A stretch of DNA of 64,000 nt from Vicugna vicugna (lineage: Eukaryota). The position numbers and the translations under genes are program-made. Location: assembly GCA_013265495.1 (NCBI GenBank), contig MU058213.1, positions 4,340,001 through 4,404,000 on the forward strand, written 5' to 3'. Shown in pieces: positions 40,535 through 53,620 of the stretch (position 1 is the stretch's first letter; every line of letters starts with the position of its first letter). A model generated the notes under the pieces. It made no database searches, was not told the DNA's origin, and was given only the letters and a program-made list of their open reading frames with translations.

Positions 40535-43500
40535 TTTAGCACTCTAGCCCAACATTATTTCCTTTAAATATACTTGCAAAGTGTGTCAAGATGATGTACA
40601 AAGATACTCACTGCAGGGTTGTTTAAAATAGTTTAAAAAAATGAAAAAACAAAGACAAAAACAAAAAACAGTAAACAAAAACTAGAAACAACTTCAGAAA
40701 TTCTAAGATTGCCTTGATTTATTTCATGAACATAGACTTCTGTAGATTTTCACTAATCATCTATTGGACTGAACTCTTCCCCATGAGTCTAAGGCACCAC
40801 ATTACATACTTGAACTTAATATACATGAAACAAAGTTTTCTCCACCAAGTTTTCTTCCTCATCCAGAATAAGGGTTTGTCAGATAATGCAATCCCGGAGG
40901 GGAAGGCAAGGGACACCAGATTAATTTGGCAAGCCTAGCACTCTCCAGGTAATGCATGGATCACCCAGTAAGAGGCTGAAGTATTGCTGTTAAAGTTGGC
41001 ATTTTAGTCCAAAGATCTTGGAAAGCTATTCAAAATGTAGTCATTGGGAAAAACAAAGTAAAACAAAATAAAAAACAAATGAAATAAAGAGATTGGACCC
41101 ATAGCAACAATAAAGATGTTGCTTTTCATGTTGTTGAGCCACACTGAGTGCTGATTCTTTTGGATTCAGGAGGATGGACCCTCCATGTGCTCAGATGTGA
41201 GGATAGAAACTTTATATGGGATGGGAGGCCTCACTGGCTGAGGTTTAGGAACTAATTAAATTGACTTTTTAAGATGAGCCTTTAGTAAGGAAACCAAGAC
41301 AAACTGTTTTTAGAGTTTGGTAGCCTGCTAAGAAGGGGAGGCGCTGATAGTCTAGGAGGAACTTGAATTTTAGGAACCACCTAAGGAGAAAGAAGGCAGA
41401 GTTCTATTATGTGGTGACCAGCATTGGCCAGAATACAATTTTTTAGCAGTCAATGTTGGAGATGTTTCAGTTTTGCCAACTGCCTCTAGAGGAGTTATAT
41501 TATTTCGTTGCTTTTTAGTTAAACATGTAGTGACCATACGTTTTGAACAACAAATCAGTATTATTTAATTCCTTTGATCTGACGGATGAATTAAAATTGT
41601 TTTTACTCACAAAGTCTTAAAATTTTATAAGAATTCAATCATGTTTAATTGTACATTTGTCATCCTCATGGGGAAAAAGGGGCATAATAGAGGGATTTTC
41701 CTTGAAATGCTAGGGAATGTGTGTCATGTGTGTAGTCCAGGTGGTAACAGATTGTGGTAAGGAAATAAGTGATGAAACTGTAGATAATTGAGGTAGGAGC
41801 AGAGGCAAAGGTATTGAGTGCATTTTGAGGTCCTTTTACAAAGAGTTCAATATATTGTAAACCTTGTGTTTGTATTTCTTCAACTGTGGAGCTAGGGAAG
41901 TAGTGTCTTACATGCAGAGTTTGACGTATATTGGTTGAGATGTTTTTTTAAAAAGGTACTTTTTTCATCTTTTGAAAAAATATAGATGTAGTGAAGGGGA
42001 GACCTATTATTATTTAACTTGTTGGCCTAATTTTCTGAGATTATATTTTACCTCACACATTACATTTCCAAATCTGTAAGTAACTGAAAGTAGACCAGGA
42101 ACACAGAGAAGCATTATGTCTAACCCAAAGCTAATACAAGCCAGCTAGTTGAATAAGATCACTTGGGAAATGTGCTCAACTAAATAAATAGATTAAATAG
42201 TTTATTTTCTATATGGGCAATTAGGCAAGCATGTTATTTCAGGTGACAGGCATGGAAAGATGTTGGGACTATGTGTGGGTGGAACAATGCTAAGCTTTCT
42301 TCTAGTTAATCAGGGAGGACTTCATGAAAGAAGATGAGTAAGTGTGGATAAGATGCTGAGGGTGGTATGGCTATCTTTGTGAAGAGCTGCCAAATCAAGA
42401 GGAGCAATCTATCATTTTGAAATTAAGGGCAACAACCTTTGATTTTTGTATTATATGAAGTGGATGGAGGAGGTAAAACACGTTAACACGTATCGCCTTG
42501 TATTTTTGTAGACTTGATGTAGTGTTTTACTAATTTTATGTTTACTCATTTCAACATGCATTCTCTGTTATATTAAGAGCATTCTGAGGGTGGGGATTAT
42601 CTTTTATGCTTTTTTTTTTGCCCCACATAGAACAAAATTATAGACTCATGCTGACAAAAAGTTCAGTTTTTTTTTAAAGTTAAGATTTCATATATGAAAA
42701 ACTTGGGCATTTTGTTAGCTATTGGGCAGAATGTGAGTAAAGACAGGACTTGGGGCCAAGAGCTAGGGGAGAACCTTTTAAGTATTTTTAGCTTTGAGGG
42801 CCAAGTGGAGGTCAGAACCTCATGCTGAAATTGGAGGACAGGGGTAAGCCCCTGAGTGTAGCAGATTAGATATGGTGGGACAGCAGACATTGGCACGGAC
42901 AGTGGCTTAGTATACAGGTGTATGTCAGGGTTCCCTCCAATCATGAGGAAACAATTTGGGAATACTGGTTAGAATGAGATCCATGCCTCAGAATCATTAG
43001 TGATAGGAAAATGTGTTCATATAGAATAGGAATCAGGGCAAGAGTCTTGTTCTTTGCAAAGAAGTGACTTAATGGTTCTTATGTGACTTTACTGCTGTGA
43101 CTGAAACCTAGCAAAGATGAGCTTTTAGATTTAGTATACTGAATTTTTTAGGGGAGGGGAGGTTGGCATATAATGATAGGAAGAATAGTTCTAAATAGTT
43201 TTAAATTTACTTTTTTCTTTTAATAATCTTAGACCCTGATAATCATACTTTTTGATCCTCTTGTCAGGCCATGGGACTAGTAGATGGGAATAGTAATATC
43301 CTGATTTTATGTGATTTCTGAACTGAAAGGAGAGCAGGTTGCTATTTGTGGCTCACACGGTGGGAGTGGAATAATCTGCACAGTGCCAGATAGTTTTCCT
43401 TCTCTTTTAGGATATTGAGGCTTTTCCTCCCCCAATTGATAGAGGCATTATATGTCATATTTATGCTTTTGGTGAATTTTAAAAGTTTGGTTGGCATACT

Positions 43501-43644
43501 GAAAGATTAGGTGTGGTTATTGAGAAATAATCTTGGACAACATTCTCAGTTTTTGTCTCAAGTAGATTATTCAGATAAGCTTGACTTGTGTTGTAGAGAG
43601 TCTGTACTGATGTGGGGCTTGGTTCCATTCAGTGCTGGCTCCAT

Positions 43645-43790
43645 GTAGCATTTATTGAGCACATAGTATGTGCCAGATACTTCTCTAGGCACTTTTTACC
43701 TATTATTTCACTTAATCCTCATGGGAACCTTAAAAGATAGATAGTGGTATCCACATTTTAAAGGTGAAGATATTGATGCTCTCTTTACCA
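43645..43790 (-). mobile_element. MIR SINE
   Basis: 'catttattgagcacatagtatgtgccagatact...tttcacttaatcctca'. Confidence 0.8.
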
Positions 43791-43829
43791 ACCAGATTAA
43801 TGAATCCTTTCCTTCCCCCCTGGAAAATA

Positions 43830-44255
43830 TACAGACCAATGACAGTGGCTTCATTGGTCGCTTATATCTGACCAGTTATATTTTAGTATGCTTCTGCACT
43901 TCTGCTCCAACCACATGAGTTACCATGAATCAGTTGTATTTGTTTCCAAACCTATTAATTATTTATTTAAAATTAAAACAATGAATTCATAAGGAAGGTT
44001 GTTTTATGAAAGCTGAGTTGAATGCTTAGGATGACAAAGAGCTAAAGTACTTGTTGTTGGATTAAGTATATATAAGACAACCTTAGCAAATTTGAAGGTT
44101 CTGACTTTATTTCTTTGCAAATGCATTAGTTTTTGCTGTACTTTAAAGAAACAAGCCCTGAACACTGTAGGGAATGCATTAGGAGTATGACTTTATGCAA
44201 GAAGGGCAGTGTGGAACTCTAAAGGGTCCATACTCAAAAAAAAGTCCTGATCCTA
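43830..44255 (+). mobile_element. Tigger-type transposon remnant with decayed CENP-B-like HTH coding region
   Basis: Manual translation ~44137-44245 'TLKKQALNTVGNALGV*/FMQEGQCGT/GSILKKK' resembles the Tigger/pogo 'DALWVWFMQER..G.PISGPILKEKA' motif. Confidence 0.65.
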
Positions 44256-44647
44256 AGTTTGGCACCAAATGAAAAATAAGACACCAGAGAGTGACATATG
44301 AAAATTAAAATGTCAGCTTTATTAATGATACAGTGATTAGAGTTTACACTTTAGAGCTGCTACTGCCAATTGGGTTTGCCAACACTGCAAGAAAATTCTC
44401 AGAATTTCTGCCTCACACCATTCCAAGACCTGACTGGAAGAATAATGGCAATTACTAGTATTGACAGCTTCTTATTATATTAGCTCCTCATATTCAAGAA
44501 ATGTGCACACTAGTCAGAAAGCTCACACTTCTTTGGAATAGGGTACAAAAGGGGAGGGAGTTCTTCCAGATGGAGCCTCAAGGCTAGGTGAACTCTACAT
44601 CAAAATACTGGGTTACATTTTATGTTTAAAAATTTATTGAAAGTATT

Positions 44648-44706
44648 ATGCTGTACACCAGCAACTGACACAACATTGTAGACTGACTATACTACAATAA
44701 AAAAAT
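44648..44706 (+). mobile_element. Extreme 3' tail of artiodactyl-type L1
   Basis: 'atgctgtacaccagcaactgacacaacattgtagactgactatactacaataaaaaaa'. Confidence 0.8.
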
Positions 44707-45049
44707 ACCTAAGGTGATGATTGGCTTGTTCATTGTATCTTCAGTTTAATCTACTTTTGAAATTATGATTGTGTGTTATATAGCTTAATAGGAACAGAGC
44801 CTAAATCAAGCCTAGTCCTCTCTGATTATGTCTTTGGTTATATTCACTAAATCACAGTTGTTAAGGTTTCTCGTAGGCACCCTCCTGCTTTTTTCCTAAG
44901 TCCCTTTATTGACGCACTATTTTCCTGATTTTTCCCCTTGGGACTTTTACTACAGAGCCTGTTTTGTTTCACTCAGGAGAATAATTCTCAAACTGAAAAA
45001 CATATCAAACAGCATAATAGAATAGAATTGTAGCCTATAAGTGAAGAGA

Positions 45050-45900
45050 AAGAGAAAATTATCACGTAGGAGCTTTAAATACCTGAAATAATGTCTGGTT
45101 TCCAGATCCAGGCAAATTATGTTGAAAGAATTTGTGGATGTCTCCTCATGTGTTTTTGTTTACAAAAGTAATACATGCACATTATTTTTTAAGTTATTAC
45201 TGTAAAAAAATGAGTCAGTAATGTGATGGCACATAAAAAGGAAGTAAATGAAACCTTAAACTGAATTAATAGGATGTGATATCAGAATCATAGATGGGAT
45301 GATGAATTCATTTTCTTACTTTGTGAGAGACATTCATCAACCATAATGTCTAGAAAGACATGTTTAGGATTTGAGCTACTGTGTCATAGGAGTAAAAGCC
45401 AGTGAATGGGGTAGAAAGACTAAGAGCAAATGGGGCTAGTATCTCTAAATTTTTGAATCCTGTCATGTAAAAGAGAGTATAGACTTCTCTGGTGTTCCTC
45501 TGGAACAGTGGTAGAAAAACTGTTTTTGTAAAAGGCCAGATAAATATTTTGGTTTTTATGTTGCAACCATTCAGCTCTGCCATTGTTAACATGAAAGCAA
45601 CCATAGACACTATGTGGTAAACAAATTGGCATGGCTGTGTTCCAACAAAACTTTATGTGTAGAAACAGACAGTGGTCTGGATTTCACCTGCAGGGCAACT
45701 CCTGCTCTAGAGGAGCACAGTTTTCATCTCAGTTTAAGGAAGAATTTTCCAAGAGATTATGGGTTTCACCAGTGGAAAAGACTGTCTTGAGAGGTTTGAG
45801 CACCCCATTACTTATTTATTGTAACCATCAGCCTAGCATGCTGGTAGTGGGACTTTTACACTAACTAGGAAGATAGACTAGATGACGTCTAAGACTTCTG
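45050..45900 (+). mobile_element. CR1/L3 remnants interrupted by MER58A
   Basis: 'ctgtcatgtaaaagagagtatagacttc', 'ctcagtttaaggaagaattttcc...cagtggaaaagactgtcttgagaggt'. Confidence 0.55.
45506..45704 (+). mobile_element. MER58A hAT-Charlie element with 8-bp TSD
   Basis: cag...ctg termini; 'ggctgtgttccaacaaaactttat'; flanks ctctggaa (45498-45505) and ctctagag (45705-45712). Confidence 0.88.
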
Positions 45901-46229
45901 CTGACTTTTCCCCACCAGTTTTCCAGGCTTTCTGATTTAGTCATTTGAATATTTACTGTTTAATGGGAAGAAAATTCAGCAAAGAAAATGTATTAAGCTT
46001 TGCTTTGTATGGGTTTGCTTAATTCCATTTTATTGAATTTAATTCAATACAGTATTTAATATTTGTATTTTATTACATGTATGCATTTTATTGCCTATAA
46101 TAAAATACAATCTGTATTTTATTGTGTATATTAGGTTATACACATTCTTAAAATATGTATTTTGTTCTGTATACATGCAATAAATACATGTTCATATATA
46201 CTATAAATATGTGTATCTATACAGTAAAA

Positions 46230-47835
46230 TACACATATTTAAAGTGTAAAATTTCAATAGCTTTGAGATTTAATTGACAGATGTATAGAATACGTCCATC
46301 ATTCCAGAAAGTTACCTTATACACCTTTGCAGTCAGTTTTCCTCAACACCTATCCCTTGGAACCACTCATTTGATGTCTAAGATGAGTTCTGGTATCAGA
46401 AATATCTTTATTCATTCCAGAATAATCAACCAATCAAAAATATATTGAAACAAGCCAAATAGAAAGAAAACTGGAATGTCATAATTATACCAATCTGGTA
46501 GCAAGTAATGAACTTCTGTCGGTTGGAATCTGCTTTAAAATCAGTCTTTCTCCTAGGAAAACTCAGTGTGAAGTACCTTTTAGACTGTTTATTTTGTTTT
46601 GTTCTACACATGTAGTGGTTTGAATATTTTACTCATGAACTCAAGCTAAGTATTGTTTATTTTTCATTGCATGTTGAATTTTTCTTTAAAATTTGGTAAG
46701 TTATGCCAGAATTGACATGGTTTTCTAGAAAAATCAACACTGGCTCTTGTTTTCGTGGAATGTAATTTCATTATACAAGACAGCTCTTTCATAGCCATTT
46801 TATAGTTATTTTCTTACTACTTCCTGTTGAAATGTCACATGTATAAAAAATAAGAAACCCATCTGCATGTTTATTGAATTTTTGTTTTGTGTCTTGGTTA
46901 AAACTCATTTGACCACATATGTTTGCTTTTCTTTCTAGACTCTATTTTCTTCTATTGATCAATATGTCTATTGTAATTTATGCCTGCCTCACAATGTCTT
47001 GATTTACTGTTGGTTTACAGTAAATTCTGAGATTAGGTACTTATGTAAGTCAGTCCGATTTTATTTCTTTAATTGAAAATTATTTAGCCTATTCTGGGCC
47101 TTTGTATTTCTACATACATTATTTCAAATAAGCTTTGTATAGTTTTTATTGGAATTTTATTGATTCTGTGTTTGCTTTATTTTATTTTCTACTACTCTGC
47201 AGTTTTTGTTTGAGGAAAATCTATTTTGTAAGATTCTATATGTAGAGTTGTTCAGTAGAGTTTTAATGTTTGATTTTAGAGTTAACATTTGGTAAAATTG
47301 ATTTTTGTTTTGATGTATAGTTCCGTGAATTTTAACATATGTATAGATTTTTGTCAGTCCTACCACAATCAAGACACAAAATAATTTTATTACCCCCTGA
47401 AATTAATTCATGCTGTTCCTTTCTCCTTTCCCCACTTCTTAGTCCCTGGCAACCATTAATCTGTTCTCTGTTACTCTAGCTTTATCTTTTCAAGAATGTC
47501 ATATAATTACAGTAATACAGTATGTTGACACTTTAAGAGTGGCTTCTTTCACAGAGCATATTACCTTTGAGATTCAGCTGTGTTGTTGACTACGTATCAG
47601 TAGTTCGTTCCTTTTTGTTGCTGAGTAGTATTGTATCATGTGGCTGTACCACAGTTTCTTTATCCATGTTAAAGGACATTTGTGTTGTTACGGTTTTTGA
47701 AGAATAGAATTAGAATGGCTATGAACATTTTGATCACAGTTTTTCTGTCAACATAAGTTATCATTTCCATAAATACCCCAGATTGGGACTTCTGGGTCAT
47801 ATGGTAATTGTGTACAGTTTCCTTTATTTTTAATA
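46230..47835 (-). mobile_element. Several ancient L1 (L1MC/ME) fragments, not contiguous
   Basis: L1-like blocks at ~46230-46390, ~46870-47170 and ~47280-47835 ('ctggcaaccattaatctgttctctg', 'tttttgttgctgagtagtattg'). Confidence 0.75.
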
Positions 47836-47967
47836 AGTGTTTGTTTCTTATTTTGTAAATAATAATATTCATTAGAGTAAATTTAGGAAGTGGAGGCAGA
47901 AAGTAAAAATAGGGAGAATATTGCCCACAGTGTTGGTGAAAGCCAAACACAGTAAAAATTTCAGTGC

Positions 47968-48160
47968 GTTTCTTTTTGTTCTTCTTCCTCATTTACCGCA
48001 TCCTCGTCTTTCCCCCATGCTCCTACTCCTCTTCCTCCTCACCTTCTCTTCTGCCTTTTTTCTTCCTCTTCCTCCTCCTCCCTCTCTTTCTCCTCCTCTT
48101 CTTTCTCTCTCCTCCTTTTCTTCCTCTTACTCCTCTTGTTTCTCTTCCTTTTCTGTTTTT
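47968..48160. repeat. CT-rich low-complexity tract (CCT/CTT)
   Basis: Directly visible; source of the S/P/L/F-rich chance ORFs 47921-48194. Confidence 0.9.
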
Positions 48161-49019
48161 ACATAGCAGTAATCATATTGAAAATATAATTTAATGTCCA
48201 TTTTCTTTCTCTTAAAATTACCTTATTTTCATATGACTCATTTACTAGATGATAATTTTCTAATTAGCATATGGTCTAGTGTCCAGCATGTATATAACCA
48301 TGATAACACATTTGTGTGAGTTACTGTGGTGGGATTTTAGGCAATGAGACTGGCTAGTATTAGATATTTTGGAGTGACCAACCTTTCTTTAGTCATCAAA
48401 TCCTGGATGACTGTGGACTCCAACCACAGCCTGATCTTGAGGTAATGTGGTTGATGCCAGCCACTAGCCTTGCCACTCAGACTGAATAGAGCCTTAAGGC
48501 AGCAATATATGTGCCATTGTTTATTATGTGAATGATTATTTCTGGAGTGAACTTCTTGTCTAAGCCTAAATAGAGTAATACTGTTTATGTATGAAGCAAA
48601 CAACATGGAAATATTTTCGTGAAGTTTTAGAAACCAGATAGTGCTAGCTCCATATTTTTCTGCCTTTTCACTTTACTATTATGTGCTGTGGGCTGCTTCT
48701 GTTTTCAGAATGTTGACTCTTGTCAGGTGATTGCTAAGTAAGGCTTTGATGTGGCGTTGTGGAACTCTGATAAACACTGCCTTCTTTCCATTTGGCTGAA
48801 GTGCTAGTCAGTGATGTTTCTGTCACCTTTGCAGCCAAAAGTTTGGCTAAAAGGATTGTTTGGCTTGAGGTTTGGGGGATAAAACCAACCTTCTGAGACT
48901 CTCTGACATGACTTCTCACCATATTTGGGTATTAGAGAATATTAAGCTAATAGGTTCTATAACTCAGAATTCAGAAATCAGGAAATGTAGGATTCTTTTA
49001 CTTATTTAGAAAAGGGTGG

Positions 49020-50510
49020 TATCCTCTAGTTCTGGATAATATGGAGTAAACACACACCACCCTTTCTTTACAACTGAATGTAACTGTAAAACTTGGACAG
49101 AATACATGGTAAATAGCAGCAGGCAGATGGGAGAAGAATATCATTTTTCCAGTACCACCAAACCTCCAGGATCCCCTAGCCTAACCTCACTGCAGCCAGA
49201 AACCTGGAATTGAGCACTGTGCTATAGACAGAATGGAATCCAGAAGCCTTCTAGATCTGGTGTGAGGAGTGAGAAAGAGTGAAAAGTTCAGAAGAGTTGA
49301 AGTCATCCTCTGTGTTTTTGTTCTTTTGTTTGTTTTTTTTTTCTTTTTCTTTATTTTCTCAGAACCCAGTTTCTAGCAATCACATGGGAATGATACCACT
49401 TTACAACAGGTGTCTGCAGGAGCCAGAACTCTGAGAAGAGGGAACCTAACTCTGTACTTAATGTTGTGGTACCTGGAAGGCGAGGCAAACTCCATTGTTT
49501 TTAGTTTGTCCTCCCAATGTTTGGTCCTAGGCAGGCAGTGATTGTAGAAGTTGACTGTTCCTGGATGAAGAACCGAAAAGGGTATCCTCAGAAAATGGAA
49601 AGTGCCGGTGAGAGAAGAGGAAAGATCTTGGGAAAGAGACCCTTGAGTTGTGCACAAATACCTGGGCTCACTGTCAACCTGTGCATATGCAAGGGTCTGA
49701 TCCTTATTAGCATCCCAAAGACTTTGAAGACTGAGATGTGGATAAAACTTCACCTAGGTTGTAGACTGACCACTACGTGGTGCACCCATGGGAAAAGTCC
49801 AAATGGTATTGTAAAGGCTTTGAAAACTGAACTGACATTGGAACCACAACCTACAGAAAGCATATTGTAACTTGCCCCTTGAACCTAACCAGATCAACTG
49901 CTTGTGGAAACAAAAATATCAGTACACTGTGTAGGAATCAGGAAGATTCTGAGTTTCATAGCATATTATTTAAAATGTCAAGAGTATAATCCACAATTAC
50001 TCAATATGCAAAGAATCACAAATAACTCACATTGGAAAAGGCAGTAATGGACACTAACTGACAAGGTAATTAGATGTTGAAATTATTTGACAAAGACTTT
50101 AACCATTATGAAAATGTGTGACTAAGCCATTGAAATAACCCCTTCAACAAGTGTTAAGCTCAAAGTATCAGCAAAGACATAAATGGTATAAAGAAGAATG
50201 AAATATAATTTTGAAACTGAAAAATACAATCATTGTAATAAAAAACTCACTGGATAGATTCAGTGGCAGAATGGAAAAGAAAGAGGAGAGACTCAGTGAA
50301 CTTCATGGGGCAACAGAAAATTTCCAGTCTCAACAATAAAGAGAAAAATAACAGAAAAAAATGGTAAGAGCTTCAGAGAATTGTGGGCCAGTAGCATACG
50401 GGCTAACATTTGTGTCATTGGAGTCCCAGAAGGAAAGGAGAAATAGTGGGATGCAGAAAAAACATGTTTGAAGAAATACTGGCTGAAAACTATTGTGTTA
50501 AAATTCATAG
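49020..50510 (+). mobile_element. Ancient L1 5' region plus ORF1 start, related to the element at 20010
   Basis: Shared blocks with the 20010 element (e.g. 49816-49846 vs 20787-20817); ORF1-like 'tgtgtcattggagtcccagaagga'. Confidence 0.85.
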
Positions 50511-51747
50511 AATTTACACCAGAAGGGAAAAAAAAGTGAATTTTATTTTTGAGAATTTTAAAAATGAAATAAATCTGAAAGTAGGTGGTATTATATTGTG
50601 ATATTGTGGAACTTTTACTTAGCAATGGTAAATCCTGGACTCCTTTGACCTTAGGAATTTGTGGTTTTACAGTTGGTGATGGGGAATGTTTTAGTCTTTT
50701 CCTTTTTTCCCCACCTTAGTGTCTGAAGTGAATTAATTTTGTATGAATAGTGGTGGCAAGATACTTAGTTTCTTTTGCTTCTTTTTAGAGCAACTCTTGG
50801 TATATATGATGGTTTGGCTTCTTAACATTTTGTTTTCTAAACTATAGAAATTTCCTGCTTACAAGGAATTGGAAGTATGTGGAGCCCTGAGAAATACAAA
50901 AGTAGATTGTTACTTTTCTACTTACAGAATTTTGTGGAATGTTAGTAAAAATTGGCAGCTTTGCTCATTTAATTCTAAAAATGTGCCATTAACTAAATAC
51001 CTCTAATTTCACAGCTCTGTAGTCATTTGGCAGGAATTGTACAGGTTCAAAAGGAAAGTAGACACCAGATTATCTATTAGAAAGGAAAAGAAATGGAAAT
51101 GGTTCAGAACTGGATGTCACATATTGCCACATAAGTATCCATGTAAATACTCTTTGCTTAACTAACCTACTCATTCTGCAGAGTTCTTTAGTGCTGTGGT
51201 GATGATGAAACAGAGGCATAAAATAATGTATATTTCAATTTAAGTTTTCTTAGTGAACTACTTTGCATCATTGATCAGCGTTATTAGTTTCTGTAGTACC
51301 CGTTTGGATTTGGATATAATTACCAGTTTTTTAAGCAGATGACTGCTCTTTTTCTTGGGCGTGCTTGGGTTATCTAAGTGATGTGTATTGAAATTGATCA
51401 AATTCTTAGATTTCACTTGAGTCTCCAAGGCTTTTTTTTTTTTTTTTACTATTGTTTGGACTACGAGTAGAAAAATATTTAATTTTCTGGGTTTTTTGGT
51501 TAGTTGATGGCTGGCTGTCATGAGCTACTGAAACTCAAGAAGACCGAGTAGATGTACTAGTTATCCTTATTCATTGCCTTTTTTTCTTTTGCTATATGTT
51601 TTATGACTACAGTTGACCATTTCTAGGTGGACAAGAAGAGGTTTTGGAGTTCAATTCAATAAAATGTTGTCACTTGTGAAAGGGACTGTAATGTTGGAGA
51701 GGCAGAAGTGAAATTGATTATTAATGAGTGGTTTTAAGATCACATAG

Positions 51748-51818
51748 ATAAATTTGGGAATTTGAGATTTACAAATGTTAGCCACTATGTATAAAAATAG
51801 ATTTTAAAAAAAGTAAAA
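51748..51818 (+). mobile_element. 71-bp L1 3' UTR internal fragment with 12-bp TSD
   Basis: Perfect direct repeat aagatcacatag at 51736-51747 and 51819-51830; insert resembles 54528-54582. Confidence 0.8.
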
Positions 51819-51984
51819 AAGATCACATAGGGATTTCAGTATGTTCATCTTTGTTCCTTATAATTGTAAATGGTTTATAAATTATGGCAACTAATTTAAT
51901 GTAAATAGAGGACATTTTAACAAGTATATGTGTGTATATACATGTGATTTATAAGGATATGTCAGTAGTTTACAAAGCATTTTT

Positions 51985-52165
51985 GCATGTTTATGTATAT
52001 TTTTCACTTCATACTCACAACAGGAATGAGTTTAGTCTTGCTGTTATCTGTATTTTGCATGTAAGGGACCAAGATTTAGAGACTAGATGACTTTCCCAAA
52101 ACCATGCAGTTAATAAATAGTGGAATTGTGAGTTGAATGCAGAACTAGAACATTGATTCCCAGCA
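51985..52165 (-). mobile_element. MIR SINE
   Basis: 'gatgactttcccaaaaccatgcagttaataaatagtggaattgtgagttgaa'. Confidence 0.65.
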
Positions 52166-52409
52166 ATGTTATACTATTTACAGTAGTAATGCTTTTTAAA
52201 AAGTAGTGAGAATCTTTAAGTTACTATTTGAAAAAGGGATGTTGTCACAAAAAATTCTGTTTGCTGTGATTTCCACTGTTTATAGGGACATACAATACCC
52301 CACTGTCTGGGTACCACAAGAGAAACACTTATTAACACATAAAACATTTCCCTCAATGTATAAGTTCCCAGAACTCTGTACATGTGTTAGGAAATAATGA
52401 TAAATAGAC

Positions 52410-52590
52410 TAATTAACATTTACTGAGTGCTTTCTATGTGTACTTAATATGAATTATTGTGTTTTTATCCTTACAGCCCCCTCCATGAGATAGTACAGTT
52501 ATTTTTCTTACTTATCAGATAAACTATCTTTGGAATATACATAATTTGTACAAGGTTATGTATGCACAGTAATTAATTAGAGATTTGATG
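52410..52590 (-). mobile_element. MIR SINE
   Basis: 'taacatttactgagtgctttctatgtg...ttatccttacagcccc'. Confidence 0.65.
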
Positions 52591-53114
52591 TGTTAAATGA
52601 TACAGTGTTTCCTGGAAGAATAATTTTATTCAAATGATAACATGAAAAATGTTTGCAGTCAAGTCATTACAGGTGCTTTTTATGAACTCTGAAGGGTAGC
52701 TTAGATAGGTTAAAATTTTCTTAGTTTCATTCTTTGTTTATATTCTGGCCAAAAAAAAAGACACTGAAGATCTTGGCCTGACAGAAATAGAAGACCCCTT
52801 ATTGGAGTCTCATAGAATATTTTTAGAAATGTGAATCATGGTCAGATTGTGAGAAGCCATGACTGACAAATTCAGTAGTTTGGGGCTTTGAGGAAACCTT
52901 GAAAGATTTTGAAGCAGTATTTGAGGAGGTTTTTTACTACATGTGGTGTGGAATGGATTGAATAGAATACCAGTGATGAGGGTATTGAAAGTATCTTGGT
53001 GTAGATAAAGTTCTGATTAGGATTAGGGAAATAATAGTAATGGAATGAAATAGTTGGAGAGGATCTATTTTAAAGGGCAGGTTGGCTGTATTTTATAATT
53101 TGGCATTTACCTCA

Positions 53115-53620
53115 TCCTGGTATATTCCTAGTAGTGGAATTGCTGGGTCATCTGGTGTGATTCCATGTTTAATATTTTGAGGAACTGACAGACTGCTTTC
53201 CAAACTGGCTGTTACTGTTACACAGTCTCACCAGCAGGGTAGGAGGGTCCCAGTTTCTCCGAGTCCTGGCCAACAGTTGTGATTATCTGGCTTTCTGATT
53301 ACAGCCTTCCTAGTGTGTGTGAGGTGGTGTCTCATTTTGTTCTTGCTGTGCCTTTCCCTGATGGCTAATAATGATGTTGAACGTCTTTTCAGGTTCTTAC
53401 TGTCTATTTGTGTATCTTCTTTGGAGAATTATACGTTCAAATTGTCCATTTTAAAGTTATTTTTTATTACTCAGTTGTCATAGTTTTTTATATATTCTAG
53501 ATACAAGTCCTTTATCAGATATATGATTCTGTTGTCTTTTCAATTTCTTTCAGTTTGCATGATGTCCAGTTTACCTGATTTTTCTATTATTGATTGTGTT
53601 CTTGGTGTCACGTGTTAGAG
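53115..53620 (-). mobile_element. LINE-1 ORF2 3' fragment
   Basis: 'cctagtagtggaattgctgggtcat', 'tttccctgatggctaataatgatgttga', 'attctagatacaagtcctttatcagatatatga'. Confidence 0.9.
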
